A stretch of DNA of 64,000 nt from positions 1 to 64,000 of the IMG/VR virus record IMGVR_UViG_3300009788_000096, one strand, 5' to 3'. Shown here piece after piece: positions 1 through 9,190 of this stretch; position 1 is the stretch's first letter, and every line of letters starts with the position of its first letter. The notes below the pieces were generated by a model. It searched no databases and had not been told where the DNA came from. It worked only from the letters and a program-made list of their open reading frames with translations. Origin of the DNA: a virus. A program made the position numbers and the translations under genes.

Positions 1-113
1 CCTTTTCGCCAGGCAGTAGCTTCGTATTTCAAGCACTCACTTATAACTGGCCGCGCAAACTTATTTGCACGGCAGTGGATGATATCCAGTATTTCTATAA
101 CTGGTTTACCCAT
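1..113 (-). CDS. 5' part of a gene running off the left edge (MGKPVIEILDIIHC...)
   Basis: ATG at 113 overlaps the end of the upstream ORF; frame is open to the window edge. Confidence 0.5.
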   Translation of the reverse strand, partial: MGKPVIEILDIIHCRANKFARPVISECLKYEATAWRK

Positions 114-460
114 TTTGTGACCTCTTCAATAGCGTGATCGGCGAAGAACTTACTTCGCCAAGCGGCACGAAAATAAATTCGAATCCGACGTTTAGTCATA
201 CGTTTAAATTTGGGAACATACAGAAGCTCGAAGATTTCTTGAGGGCAATCTAAAACTGTTTCAATAATCTCTTTTGCTTCGTTAGATAGCTTGTCGTATG
301 ACTCCTTTTTAAGAAACAATTTTTCAGGATTGGGAATTTTTGAAGCTAATACAATTTCTGTATGAATGGATTCAATAGTATTAATTTGAATCCATTCGCC
401 GAACATAATTTGAAAAGCACGCACGTAGTTTTCTTCCACAATTCTTTTAGGCATAATCAA
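95..460 (-). CDS. hypothetical phage protein
   Basis: ORF in a co-oriented operon, overlapping its neighbours. Confidence 0.6.
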   Translation of the reverse strand: MIMPKRIVEENYVRAFQIMFGEWIQINTIESIHTEIVLASKIPNPEKLFLKKESYDKLSNEAKEIIETVLDCPQEIFELLYVPKFKRMTKRRIRIYFRAAWRSKFFADHAIEEVTKWVNQL

Positions 461-927
461 CGTCTCCTGATTTTCCGTCTCGGTTTTGATCTACGTTTGA
501 TCTTGCGTGGTTTGTCTTTCGTTTCAATTGGTCGTCGTTTGATTTTTCGTTTACTAACTTTCTTGCGCCTTTTAATGACTCTTTTCGGTGGATCAGGATT
601 TGGATTATAAGGATTGACTCTTTTCCGAAGGAACCAATAGGTTTCAATAATTTGGTGTATTTCTTTATCCCATTGACGGCACCTTTTACATTTGGCCCAA
701 CCGTTTAAACCGAGCCTGTTCCGACGCCTTGCTAAGCACTGCATCAGGACAAGATAGCATCCACTTTTTCGACAGAAGATAGGATTTTCGGTTGGTACGA
801 AATACTTACACGCTTTATGCTTCCTCCGGATCCGCTTCCCGATTGCTTCACAGCGACGCCTATCCTGTGTGACCTGTTTGGATATGTGCCATTGCTGACA
901 GTAGTAGCAGATGATCTTTGTTGCCAT
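457..927 (-). CDS. Cys-rich (Zn-binding) protein with basic IKRR-repeat C-terminus
   Basis: GGAGG SD, CxxC motifs, C-terminal KRVIKRR/RKIKRR repeats. Confidence 0.75.
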   Translation of the reverse strand: MATKIICYYCQQWHISKQVTQDRRRCEAIGKRIRRKHKACKYFVPTENPIFCRKSGCYLVLMQCLARRRNRLGLNGWAKCKRCRQWDKEIHQIIETYWFLRKRVNPYNPNPDPPKRVIKRRKKVSKRKIKRRPIETKDKPRKIKRRSKPRRKIRRR

Positions 928-962
928 TTATGTACCCTCCAAAACTGTAAGAAAATAAAACA

Positions 963-971
963 ATTATATCA
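963..971 (-). promoter_or_regulatory. extended -10 sigma70-type promoter (TGATATAAT)
   Basis: Perfect TGnTATAAT about 35 nt upstream of the 927 start codon, in an AT-rich gap. Confidence 0.55.
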
Positions 972-1082
972 TAAACCCCTGTTAATTAAAAGCTTTTTCT
1001 TCAAAAACTATAAACCCTTAATATAATTGTCAAATCTTTATACAGCAAGCTTTGACTCCGGTGAATGTGGAAAACTGTTCCC

Positions 1083-1137
1083 GCTTAAAAACACTACACC
1101 CCAGCTGCCCGAGAGCAGCTGAGGTACAGTTTTTGCG
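1083..1137 (-). terminator. long hairpin followed by a U-tract; probable terminator (or RNase III site) ending the early operon
   Basis: CTGTACCTCAGCTGCTC..GGGCAGCTGGGGTGTAG then TGTTTTT, just after the stop codon at 1146. Confidence 0.55.
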
Positions 1138-1145
1138 AGGGCCAG

Positions 1146-2015
1146 TTAAATGTCCAACTTGCGCTTCAAATATAAATCGTTTATAGGCTTTAACCTTTTC
1201 AAAACTTTATCCATTTCACCGCCAACTTCTTCGCGGAATTCGTCATTGGATTTTAAACGATCGGCCGAGACAGATTTCATTTGCTTCTTCATTCTTGCCA
1301 TGATCATTTTCATTTTCTTATCATCCACATATCCACTCCACAATTCATCCCACTTTCCAAGAAAACGATCTATGGAATTTAGCGTGCCCTTATTAATCTT
1401 GCCGCTTTCGCATTGACTCGCCAGACGTTCGATACGTTTAAACATCCGGTGGGCAACAAGATTTAAAACCATTTCTTCCATTTGTCTTACCATGTCCTGG
1501 AATTTGGCTTGCTCACGCTTGTAGAGTTTTGGATCAAGAATGGATGCCTCTTTATCAGGCATCGTAATCTGAAAGAATTGCCAACTGAATCTGAAACGTC
1601 TTCGCAATTCTGCTTTGGACGGATACTTCTCTTTGCGATAGTAATCCGGATACTTCTTTTTCATTCTCTTTTTGAGGCGTTCATAAGAGTCAAGAAATAC
1701 TTCAACCCTTTTATCGTCTTCCTCTTGAAGCTCGATTAACGAGTTATCAAGCCGGGGCACTTGACTTTTTGGCACGAACCAGACGCCCTCAATAGGAAAA
1801 GGAATACTGTTTCGCATGAGTTCGCCTTTAGCAGTCCGGCGGATTGTGGAAATGTCTTTAAGCAGGGTTCGATCATCAATTAAGTCTTGCATTCCCCGGA
1901 CAATTTCCTTTGGGACATTATCACCAAGTAACTCTTTTGGAAGTTTGGCAGATGCAGTCCAACGATTAAACTTCAGGTTGCAAAGTACACCTTCACGCAA
2001 TTTGTCTTGGTCCAT
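1146..2015 (-). CDS. DUF3150-like phage protein
   Basis: 289 aa; 'SIPFPIEGVWFVP' and 'YPSKAELRRRFRFSW' resemble DUF3150; strong SD AGGAGGATTTAATTATG. Confidence 0.6.
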   Translation of the reverse strand: MDQDKLREGVLCNLKFNRWTASAKLPKELLGDNVPKEIVRGMQDLIDDRTLLKDISTIRRTAKGELMRNSIPFPIEGVWFVPKSQVPRLDNSLIELQEEDDKRVEVFLDSYERLKKRMKKKYPDYYRKEKYPSKAELRRRFRFSWQFFQITMPDKEASILDPKLYKREQAKFQDMVRQMEEMVLNLVAHRMFKRIERLASQCESGKINKGTLNSIDRFLGKWDELWSGYVDDKKMKMIMARMKKQMKSVSADRLKSNDEFREEVGGEMDKVLKRLKPINDLYLKRKLDI

Positions 2016-2053
2016 AATTAAATCCTCCTTGTAATATATTTTTGGTAGTTATA

Positions 2054-2126
2054 GGCTGCCCTCATCGGGCCACAGAGCCAATCCTGTGACGACGACCGCG
2101 GAACCACTATCCACGGTCGTTTCGGC
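2054..2126 (-). ncRNA. type II hammerhead ribozyme HH15 (core variant CCGAUGA)
   Basis: CC-GAAAC-stemIII-GTC^-stemI-CCGATGA-GG; loop I GGCT pairs with tail AGCC; predicted cut 2091/2090. Confidence 0.8.
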
Positions 2127-2129
2127 ATA

Positions 2130-3320
2130 TTAGCGTTTACGACTCGCCATCAATGTTTCATCATGGAAAATTTGGTAGTAATCGCGACTTTCGTTTTCAC
2201 CGGAAAGTATATGCAAGATATCGAAACCTTGTTTTCTCGCAGTTTTCCTCACGACGGCGAGAAGTTTAGCTTTCGCCTTGGATTGTGAAATCTTGAATTT
2301 CTTGGAAATGGATTTCGCAATTTCACCAACAGTTGATCCTTCATTAACCATAGCGAGAATGGCATGTGCAGGACTGCCGGGAAGACGACCGAAGAGTTTT
2401 TGAATTTCATCCAGTTGACGCCTTTTAATAACCCTTTTCGGCTTTTCCGGTTCCTTTGGAGCCCGACGCTTAATAACCCGTTTTGGTTTTTCTTCTGCTT
2501 TTTTCCGCCGCTTGATGGGATCACGAACAGCGACCCACCGATCCCCGTCATACCTGCACGTTGTGCCTTTGATGTTTTTCTTATCACCAACTTTGGGATC
2601 ATCAGGTTTCGGCTCCGGCTTTTTTTTCTTTTTGATCTTTTTCTTCGGTCGTATAAGGTGTTCAGGCACTTCCATTTTCTTCGCCTTATAAACACCAGTC
2701 ACCGCATCCCGGCAATCAGTTATATAATTTTCGGGAAGTGTTTCGCCTTTGAGCCACCGGACCGGCAACGAGTTTAAGGCCTCCAATACGAAAGAAATTA
2801 CTTCAGGTTCGATGTTATCGAAGAAGTCCCTTTCGCTTGGAAGATGATGAACCTTATAACGGCCAGCTTTAAGGTGTGCCACGAAATCGCCAGAAGGTTT
2901 TTTAGCTTTCGCCTTTTTCTTTTTAGGCTCCGGCTTTTCCTTCGCCTTTTTCTTGGCTGCGGTCTGTTTGAAATCTTTAGCCAAATCTTTATCAGCCGCT
3001 TTTTTCATTTCCGCCACTTTCTTCGCCGATGTTTTCTTTTTGGCCTTTTTCTTTTTCGGCGTTGGTGTCGCGGAAGTCAAACCGATGTCTTTGTCAACCG
3101 GTGGCGTCTCGGTTTTCGGCTTGACACCACTCGTTAACACTTTGACTGCGCTATGCGCAAGGCATTTTGAGCAGGTGATCTGCTCGCAGGTTTTATCATC
3201 ATCGATGACCAAATCGCCTGTGCGCTTGTCACAGATAGCAACGTTCCCATCTGTGACCGCATGCAAATGATGCCTCTTAGCAGCCGGATTTTTACCTACT
3301 CCTAAAACTGTTTTTGTCAT
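2130..3320 (-). CDS. Lys-rich protein: N-terminal Zn-finger, IKRR repeats, C-terminal winged-helix-like domain
   Basis: 396 aa; H..C..CxxC N-terminus, low-complexity K/P/A centre, 'STVGEIAKSI' HTH-like end. Confidence 0.7.
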   Translation of the reverse strand: MTKTVLGVGKNPAAKRHHLHAVTDGNVAICDKRTGDLVIDDDKTCEQITCSKCLAHSAVKVLTSGVKPKTETPPVDKDIGLTSATPTPKKKKAKKKTSAKKVAEMKKAADKDLAKDFKQTAAKKKAKEKPEPKKKKAKAKKPSGDFVAHLKAGRYKVHHLPSERDFFDNIEPEVISFVLEALNSLPVRWLKGETLPENYITDCRDAVTGVYKAKKMEVPEHLIRPKKKIKKKKKPEPKPDDPKVGDKKNIKGTTCRYDGDRWVAVRDPIKRRKKAEEKPKRVIKRRAPKEPEKPKRVIKRRQLDEIQKLFGRLPGSPAHAILAMVNEGSTVGEIAKSISKKFKISQSKAKAKLLAVVRKTARKQGFDILHILSGENESRDYYQIFHDETLMASRKR

Positions 3321-3347
3321 AATACTACTCCTCTTCTGGTTATGGGG

Positions 3348-4765
3348 TTAGACGTCAACTCTTCGTTTGGCATCGGTCACTGCAACGGATGCAGGAACGG
3401 CCTCGGCTGGCAGGCATGTATTCTTTGCCCACTCGCGCAAGGCTATGATGTCGCCACTAAGAGTTATAGCTTGCGGTATGATACAATCTTGTGCTTTAAT
3501 AAGATCAATTCCGCGCATATCAGCTATATGAACCATGGCCTCAATTTCAGCACCGGTGAAGTCTTTCATTGTGGGAAGTACTTCAGGATAATCCAAACCA
3601 GCATTGTTCACATAGTGTTTTAAAATACTTTTGCGAACTTTAGCGGTTGGCAAGTCAATGAAAAAAGGACTTGTATCCCATCGGCCGGGACGTAGAAATT
3701 CGCCCGGAATCCCACGGAAACTATTTGCTGTGGCAACGATATAAATTCCTTCAGGGCGATCCTGAAGAAACTCAAGCCAACGACCGTTGCTCTTCGGGTA
3801 GTACCACTGTCTAAGTCCCCGGAACCACCGGCACCAGCGAATTGTTTTTCGAACTCATCTATAAGGACGACGCAGTTTCCAATGGCACAAATTAAGTCAA
3901 TTGTGTCATTTATATTTTGATCAGTTTCGCCTTGGTACTTACTGTAAAGTCTTCCCATATTAACGGAAAGTCCGAACTTCCCAGTTTCACCAACAATAGC
4001 CTTCATTAAGGAAGTCTTCCCGCAGCCAGGAACACCAATGGTCATGAGACCTTTAGCTCGCGGGTCGTAAATGGAATCCATAATGAAGTCCTTGATTTCT
4101 TTATAGCCGATAACATCTTGGAAAGTCAAGTTATTCGGCAAGACATCAAGGAAACCGGATTTAGCAATCGTCATAGCTTTATAGTCATTGATCGTACGGA
4201 GATCGAATTCGCCATGTTCGACGATTGATAATGAAAAAACATTGTCCAGTTCTTGTCGAGTCAAACCCATAGCTGATTTGCAAATCAGATCCATCCGGTC
4301 CTTTTCAGGAATGAATGATTCGTCTGGAACCGCCATGGAAGCGGCATCGAGAATCTCTTCCTTATCAGGAAGTTGCAGATCAAGAAGGATAAAATCCTTT
4401 TTTAACTCGGTGGGAATCTTTTCAATCGGACTTATGACTACTGCCGCCTTGCCTTGATTGGCCCAGCCCAGATTAAGGTTTTGAAGTGTTTGAATAATCT
4501 GAGGCTTGTCCATATACCAATGATAGTTATAAAGGAACATAACCGTATTCTCATCGGCATCATTTAAGGCGTCCAGTGGAGTCATGGGATTATTGTCTTT
4601 GAGGCAATCCCAATCTGTGACTTTAAATTTGCCACCATTTTTGAGTTGAAAGTCTTCGAGTGCTGGGTACACATTTCGGCGAACCCTATTTGGTTCATTT
4701 GTCTTCATCCAGAAAAGTGGAAATCCAGCTCGTAGGTAGTTAATCAACTTCGCTTGTGTTTTCAT
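3348..4765 (-). CDS. Ycf46-like AAA+ ATPase, split by a 1-nt frameshift near 3786
   Basis: Walker A GVPGCGKT, Walker B VLIDEFEK; the alternative frame continues WLEFLQDRPEGIYIVATAN...RPGRWD (sensor 1/Arg finger) into ORF 3348-3653. Confidence 0.85.
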
Positions 4766-4798
4766 AATTAATCCTCCTATAAAAAAGTTATAGTTTAA

Positions 4799-4859
4799 AA
4801 GCTACCTCATCAGTATAGCTTGCTTAAGGCCATAGACCCTCGGTGGCCGAGGGTTTCGG
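4799..4859 (-). ncRNA. type II hammerhead ribozyme HH14
   Basis: CCGAAAC CCTCGG-CCA-CCGAGG GTC^ TATGG..CTATA CTGATGA GG; loop AAGC/tail GCTT; cut 4835/4834. Confidence 0.92.
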
Positions 4860-4860
4860 A

Positions 4861-5070
4861 TTACTTCAACATGCCTTTGTGTTTCATTTCTGCACAAAGT
4901 CCGCGAGCTTCGATAATCAATGCTTTTAGTCTTTCTTCATCTTCGTTTTCAAATTCTTCATCAGAATCAGCTTGTGGAAGGTTTGCTAATTGAATAACTA
5001 ATCGTCCACATTTATTCAGCATTGATTCTTCCATTAGCGCTTGAGCAAATAGCTCGGTTTTTGAACTCAT
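4861..5070 (-). CDS. hypothetical protein
   Basis: AAAGGAG SD before MSSKTELF. Confidence 0.65.
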   Translation of the reverse strand: MSSKTELFAQALMEESMLNKCGRLVIQLANLPQADSDEEFENEDEERLKALIIEARGLCAEMKHKGMLK

Positions 5071-5103
5071 ACTTAAATCATCTCCTTTCGGATTATACAC
5101 TTA

Positions 5104-5286
5104 TCAATTAATGTCAGGTAATTCTTTTCGCCAGATACTGAAATCGCGGACCATTTCATCAAATGACTTCCATGTAAATCGGACATGAAGTTTCTTGCCA
5201 TTTTCATCAGTCAAATGCATGACCATTTTCTTTCCACGCCGAACCTTCAAACCGCGATACTCTTTAATTTCAATTCCTTTCGCCAT
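5104..5286 (-). CDS. hypothetical protein
   Basis: Tightly packed in the operon. Confidence 0.6.
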   Translation of the reverse strand: MAKGIEIKEYRGLKVRRGKKMVMHLTDENGKKLHVRFTWKSFDEMVRDFSIWRKELPDIN

Positions 5287-5288
5287 AG

Positions 5289-5522
5289 TTAATCCCTTTC
5301 CTGCAGTTCATCGATTAAGGAAGCTTCCCGCCACTGTCCACATTTGGTTTTAACAAAGTCTCCCCATGTGATTTGGTCGAAAGGGAGCCAACCTTTATTA
5401 TGGACTAACATCCGGGGCACACCTGAAATCTTACTGATCTTAGGTTTCCTGCCTTCCCGCATTGTCTTCTGTTTCAGAACTAATTTGTCCAAGTGATCAA
5501 TGAAGTCAATTGTTTCTGCCAT
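5289..5522 (-). CDS. hypothetical protein
   Basis: AGGAGGATTAATTATG leader. Confidence 0.7.
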   Translation of the reverse strand: MAETIDFIDHLDKLVLKQKTMREGRKPKISKISGVPRMLVHNKGWLPFDQITWGDFVKTKCGQWREASLIDELQERD

Positions 5523-5543
5523 AATTAATCCTCCTTTAGTTAT

Positions 5544-5607
5544 TAGGTTATCTCATCAGTACGCAAGTTCCTATCTTGCGTAGACTCCCGGAAGCCGGGA
5601 GTTTCGA
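5544..5607 (-). ncRNA. type II hammerhead ribozyme HH13
   Basis: TC-GAAAC TCCCGG..CCGGGA GTC^ TACGCAAG..CTTGCGTA CTGATGA-GA (stem II covaries, GA/TC); loop TAGG/tail CCTA; cut 5583/5582. Confidence 0.92.
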
Positions 5608-5608
5608 A

Positions 5609-5980
5609 TTATGAATACTCCAATACCATTTTCTTGTCGCCGTTTGGAAGTGTTTCCATACTTACATTTGTTACTTCATCGTATGGAATCACGTTTTCAG
5701 TGGCCGCGATGTTGTAATCTTGGACAAGCAAATGCAGCTTGTCCATTGTTCCGGATTGACTTCCCCAGTGATCGTAAATGATATCTCCATCCGCTGTAAC
5801 GGCGATGGGATATTTCCAGCCGGGAAGCTTTATTTCGGCCACTGCATTTTTGACTACATGGCTGCCAAACAGGCGAACTTCAAGATTTGGGCCTGAAACA
5901 ATTTCGCCATGTTTTTGTGCGACAATGCAAAGTGTGGAAAGATCGGAAATCCGTTTACCGTATGTCGTGTTATGACTCAT
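5609..5980 (-). CDS. DUF1257-like protein
   Basis: MSH start, 'IKLPGWKYPI...YDHWG' pattern; usual partner of Ycf46 and DUF2997. Confidence 0.7.
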   Translation of the reverse strand: MSHNTTYGKRISDLSTLCIVAQKHGEIVSGPNLEVRLFGSHVVKNAVAEIKLPGWKYPIAVTADGDIIYDHWGSQSGTMDKLHLLVQDYNIAATENVIPYDEVTNVSMETLPNGDKKMVLEYS

Positions 5981-6338
5981 TTAACTTCTCCTTTCTTAAT
6001 CTACCAGAATCGTATGCATCAGATGAACAGGCGTTATTGCAGTACTTCGTAGCTTCGCTATGATAGTACATGCAATCGTGATACATACATTTTTTTAAAT
6101 TCGACGTAACCAGTTTTTGACTTTTGACTACTCCCTTAGAATTTTCATCATTGAGAAGAGAAACAATATCGGCCTTGCTAAGCGACCATTTGAGATGAAC
6201 TTGATAAACCCGCTTGTCATAAAAATCTGAATAGCGGTTGAAAATTTGTTGCGCTTCCAAACGATCTATAGACCATATTGCGGTTTCAGTGTCAATACTG
6301 GTTATAACCGTTTTCCAAATAAATACACTATGTGGCAT
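5970..6338 (-). CDS. hypothetical protein with C-terminal Cys cluster
   Basis: AAAGGAGAGG SD before MPHSVF; C..C..YCNNAC. Confidence 0.6.
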   Translation of the reverse strand: MPHSVFIWKTVITSIDTETAIWSIDRLEAQQIFNRYSDFYDKRVYQVHLKWSLSKADIVSLLNDENSKGVVKSQKLVTSNLKKCMYHDCMYYHSEATKYCNNACSSDAYDSGRLRKEKLNES

Positions 6339-6349
6339 GGCCTCTCCTT

Positions 6350-6511
6350 TTAGCCGCGAACACGGTCGAAGTGTTCGTAGTGGGTTTGGACAATCCAACC
6401 ATACTTTCCTAATAGCCAAATCAATTGACTAATATTCATAGTATGACATTTGCCGATAAGATTTTGACCCGACATAAAATGCTGGGCTTCAATATGATAT
6501 TCGGTCAACAT
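6350..6511 (-). CDS. small hypothetical protein (53 aa, below the ORF-track cutoff)
   Basis: GGAG SD, MLTEYHIEAQ...; fills the gap exactly. Confidence 0.55.
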   Translation of the reverse strand: MLTEYHIEAQHFMSGQNLIGKCHTMNISQLIWLLGKYGWIVQTHYEHFDRVRG

Positions 6512-6520
6512 AATGATCTC

Positions 6521-6730
6521 CTATCCGCAATGCCCCGAGGGGAGGCCGTCTGCGAGGTTATTCTTTTCGGTTTGGTGATACTCGTCTTTGTACACGCGCT
6601 CTTTTGGCTTACCGAAAAGATCGTCAAGAAATGAAGTCATACTGATGCATCCTTCACCTACGGCGCCGAATACTTCAGTTTTAACACTTCCGTCTTTGCC
6701 AAAAATGATCTCAACTTTTTTCTCGTCCAT
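6521..6730 (-). CDS. DUF2997-like protein
   Basis: 'VEIIFGKDGSVKTEVFGAVGEGCISMTSFLDDLFG' matches the DUF2997 pattern. Confidence 0.8.
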   Translation of the reverse strand: MDEKKVEIIFGKDGSVKTEVFGAVGEGCISMTSFLDDLFGKPKERVYKDEYHQTEKNNLADGLPSGHCG

Positions 6731-6765
6731 AATCTAATCCTCCTGTTAATAGGTTAATGATATTT

Positions 6766-6829
6766 TTCGAATAGCCTATTGATGCATCGAAAGTAAAAAT
6801 GACTCTCGATGCACCTAAGGTTATACGAA
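6766..6829 (-). other. about 25-bp imperfect intergenic hairpin (RNase III-type site?)
   Basis: GGTGCATCGAGAGT/ACTTTCGATGCATC stem plus outer pairs, in the slot where a hammerhead sits at other junctions. Confidence 0.55.
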
Positions 6830-6833
6830 GTCT

Positions 6834-7241
6834 TTAATCATCGGGTTCAAGCTTTTCCCTCAGATCATCGTCTTCCTCTTCATCTTCGTCGCAATCGCAC
6901 TCTTCAAAACTGTCGCCGCATGTATGGCAAATGTCAGTTTTTTGGATGTCCGGAGAAGCAGTATCAAAGTTTTCTTTTCCATCATGCCAATGGACAATAA
7001 CATCTACACCGGAATTGTGTTGGATTTCAGTCCAGTTTAGATTTCCAGTTAGTACTTTCATTTTCGGCTGTTCACTATCCACTTTCCGGTGCGTTTTTCT
7101 CGCTTTCTTTTTCGGTTTCGGTTTGTGGAAGTTAAGGGGAATAGCCTGTTTGCTAATCCGGGTGCAATATTCAGCGATTGCTTCTTTCGCCTCTCGGACA
7201 GTCAAATGGATAGTGGTTGTTCTTTCCTTAACAATGATCAT
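6834..7241 (-). CDS. hypothetical protein with acidic CxxC C-terminus
   Basis: AGGAGGATTAATTATG leader at 7241. Confidence 0.7.
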   Translation of the reverse strand: MIIVKERTTTIHLTVREAKEAIAEYCTRISKQAIPLNFHKPKPKKKARKTHRKVDSEQPKMKVLTGNLNWTEIQHNSGVDVIVHWHDGKENFDTASPDIQKTDICHTCGDSFEECDCDEDEEEDDDLREKLEPDD

Positions 7242-7271
7242 AATTAATCCTCCTATAATAAGGTTAATAAA

Positions 7272-7333
7272 CGGCAGTCTCATCAGTAACGGAATGCCAA
7301 TCCGCTATAGTCCCGGTGGCCGGGACTTTCGAC
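7272..7333 (-). ncRNA. type II hammerhead ribozyme HH12 (CUA cleavage triplet)
   Basis: GTC-GAAA-G..C-TA^ (compensatory pair), CTGATGA-GAC; loop TGGCA/tail TGCCG; cut 7308/7307. Confidence 0.9.
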
Positions 7334-7334
7334 G

Positions 7335-7553
7335 TTATACAACCCAGTCAATTTTGAATTTCAGTTTGAGATAGTTAATGAAGTCAATCGCCATTTCTTT
7401 TTCGGCTTGGAATTTGCGAACATGAGCATTTTCCTCATTCCCGGAATGAACGAAGTGTCCATTAACTGTGACTTGACTTGCGTATTGGCAACCTTCCTCT
7501 TTTACATCTTCGGGTGGAATACGTTGCCAAATCATTTCAACGGAGTGGGTCAT
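7335..7553 (-). CDS. hypothetical protein
   Basis: AAAGGAG SD, operon packing. Confidence 0.65.
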   Translation of the reverse strand: MTHSVEMIWQRIPPEDVKEEGCQYASQVTVNGHFVHSGNEENAHVRKFQAEKEMAIDFINYLKLKFKIDWVV

Positions 7554-7756
7554 TTGACTTCTCCTTTTAAGTGTAGGCGGATGCTGGAAACAATACCGTT
7601 ATTATCCGAACTGTGATGCAAGGGCAGGGAGTTAATAAATGTTTCATGTTCCGCAATTTCATTTGCGATTTGATCTTCCCTTAAGTCATGTCCGTTATCA
7701 TCCCTTACAACAATAATGACTTCCGCCTTGATAAATTTTTTGATAATTGAAGACAT
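7550..7756 (-). CDS. hypothetical protein
   Basis: AAGGAG SD. Confidence 0.65.
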   Translation of the reverse strand: MSSIIKKFIKAEVIIVVRDDNGHDLREDQIANEIAEHETFINSLPLHHSSDNNGIVSSIRLHLKGEVK

Positions 7757-7766
7757 TGTTATCTCC

Positions 7767-8006
7767 TTATCGAATTTTGACTCGCCTTGGTGGCCTCAGG
7801 ATTTTGATCTTTGCTTCTTGTTGTTTTGCAAAGTATTTTTCATGTGAAATAAGACCTTTGCAAGCCGGGCAGGCGACCTCAGTTAATAGATGACCGGCCA
7901 GTGTGAATTTGGTGCGTTTAAATTGACCAGTCCGCTCGCAGAAATAACAAGCTGTTTCATCTGCTTGAGCTTCCATTGCCTCTTTTAAAACATCTCCTAA
8001 AGTCAT
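7767..8006 (-). CDS. Zn-ribbon protein
   Basis: CYFC...CPACKG. Confidence 0.7.
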   Translation of the reverse strand: MTLGDVLKEAMEAQADETACYFCERTGQFKRTKFTLAGHLLTEVACPACKGLISHEKYFAKQQEAKIKILRPPRRVKIR

Positions 8007-8014
8007 CTTAACTC

Positions 8015-8437
8015 CTATTTATAATGGATTCCCATTAAAGCGTCGCATTCTTCCATAATCCAAAAGTCTTTTACTTGCCCTTCCAAAAGAAGTTTTAGAA
8101 ACACTTCATAGAAGTTTTTGGAAGCCGTGCCCCACTCGCCGACACCACCTATTGCTCTTGACCAATAACCACTTTCCTGGCCAGCACTTGTTTCAAATTC
8201 AAACTTGATTCCCCATGTGCAATCGTGCCAGTCGACCAGAACATTTTCAGGTTCCGGATATGGAGCTTGACTTTCGTCAGTGAACATAGTGAAACCATGT
8301 TCGATTCCAATTTCAGCAACACCTTTTTCAAAGTGAGTAGGATCCGCTGGATTATAGGTACCTGAAGTACTGGAACCCATCAACTTTAACTTCTCGATAA
8401 AGAGATTTACAATTTGATCTTGACTCAATTGAATCAT
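8015..8437 (-). CDS. hypothetical protein
   Basis: AGGAGGATTAATTATG leader. Confidence 0.7.
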   Translation of the reverse strand: MIQLSQDQIVNLFIEKLKLMGSSTSGTYNPADPTHFEKGVAEIGIEHGFTMFTDESQAPYPEPENVLVDWHDCTWGIKFEFETSAGQESGYWSRAIGGVGEWGTASKNFYEVFLKLLLEGQVKDFWIMEECDALMGIHYK

Positions 8438-8468
8438 AATTAATCCTCCTATAATAGGTTAATAAATT

Positions 8469-8529
8469 TAGCTACCTCATCAGTATAGCTTGCTAAAGGC
8501 TATAGACTCCCGTTAGACGGGAGTTTCGG
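8469..8529 (-). ncRNA. type II hammerhead ribozyme HH11
   Basis: Full core; loop TAGC/tail GCTA; cut 8505/8504. Confidence 0.92.
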
Positions 8530-8530
8530 A

Positions 8531-8785
8531 TTAAATATAAAAATCTTTTTCCCTCATCACTATAAAGTCATTAGGATCTAAGTTCCATCCGAACAATTCT
8601 TTATAGTAATTCAGAATGTCCGTAATGCCCTCATGATACCTGCCATCTTTTACTTCCCAAATGTCGATAGTATCTTCGTTTTGGACAAGGAAGATATAAC
8701 CTTTATCAGAGAGCTGACTTAATCTGGAAACTGAAGTGATGTTTTCCAATACTACTTTTCTTCCCGGCATTTCGACGGTATGCAT
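8531..8785 (-). CDS. hypothetical protein
   Basis: AAAGGAG SD. Confidence 0.65.
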   Translation of the reverse strand: MHTVEMPGRKVVLENITSVSRLSQLSDKGYIFLVQNEDTIDIWEVKDGRYHEGITDILNYYKELFGWNLDPNDFIVMREKDFYI

Positions 8786-8797
8786 TGGACTTCTCCT

Positions 8798-9097
8798 TTA
8801 TGACTTTTCTCGGTTTTTGGTTCTGCTTCCAATGTAAACCAAGGCAACAGCAACCAGCAGCATAGTAATCGCTGTTCCTGGATCTTGTTTAAACGTTGCG
8901 AGAGCGACGAATGCCAGAATACAGGAACCGAGCTGAAGCAGGAACCCCAACGGTTTAGAGACAAATGCTTTGCGTTCGAACTTTGTGGGCTTAACAAAGT
9001 TTTTAGAATCGCCTTTTCGCGGTTGTCCACAGTTATTGCAAAACTGATCAGTCATTGCCAATTGGTTTCCGCAATCTGGACAAAAGTAATTTGCCAT
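8798..9097 (-). CDS. zinc-ribbon membrane protein
   Basis: CPDCG...FCNNCG followed by two hydrophobic helices. Confidence 0.75.
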   Translation of the reverse strand: MANYFCPDCGNQLAMTDQFCNNCGQPRKGDSKNFVKPTKFERKAFVSKPLGFLLQLGSCILAFVALATFKQDPGTAITMLLVAVALVYIGSRTKNREKS

Positions 9098-9128
9098 GAT
9101 AATATCCTCCATTTAAAAGTTATTGTTT

Positions 9129-9189
9129 TAGCTACCTCATCAGCGTGACTTGCTAAAGGCCACGGACTCCCGGATACCGGGAGTTTCGG
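9129..9189 (-). ncRNA. type II hammerhead ribozyme HH10
   Basis: Full core; stem I CGTGG/TCACG covaries with HH11; loop TAGC/tail GCTA; cut 9165/9164. Confidence 0.92.
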
Positions 9190-9190
9190 A

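Noticed and set aside
3775-3795. Programmed frameshift in the AAA ATPase
   Set aside because: No slippery heptamer or homopolymer at the break; a single-base deletion or assembly error is more parsimonious.
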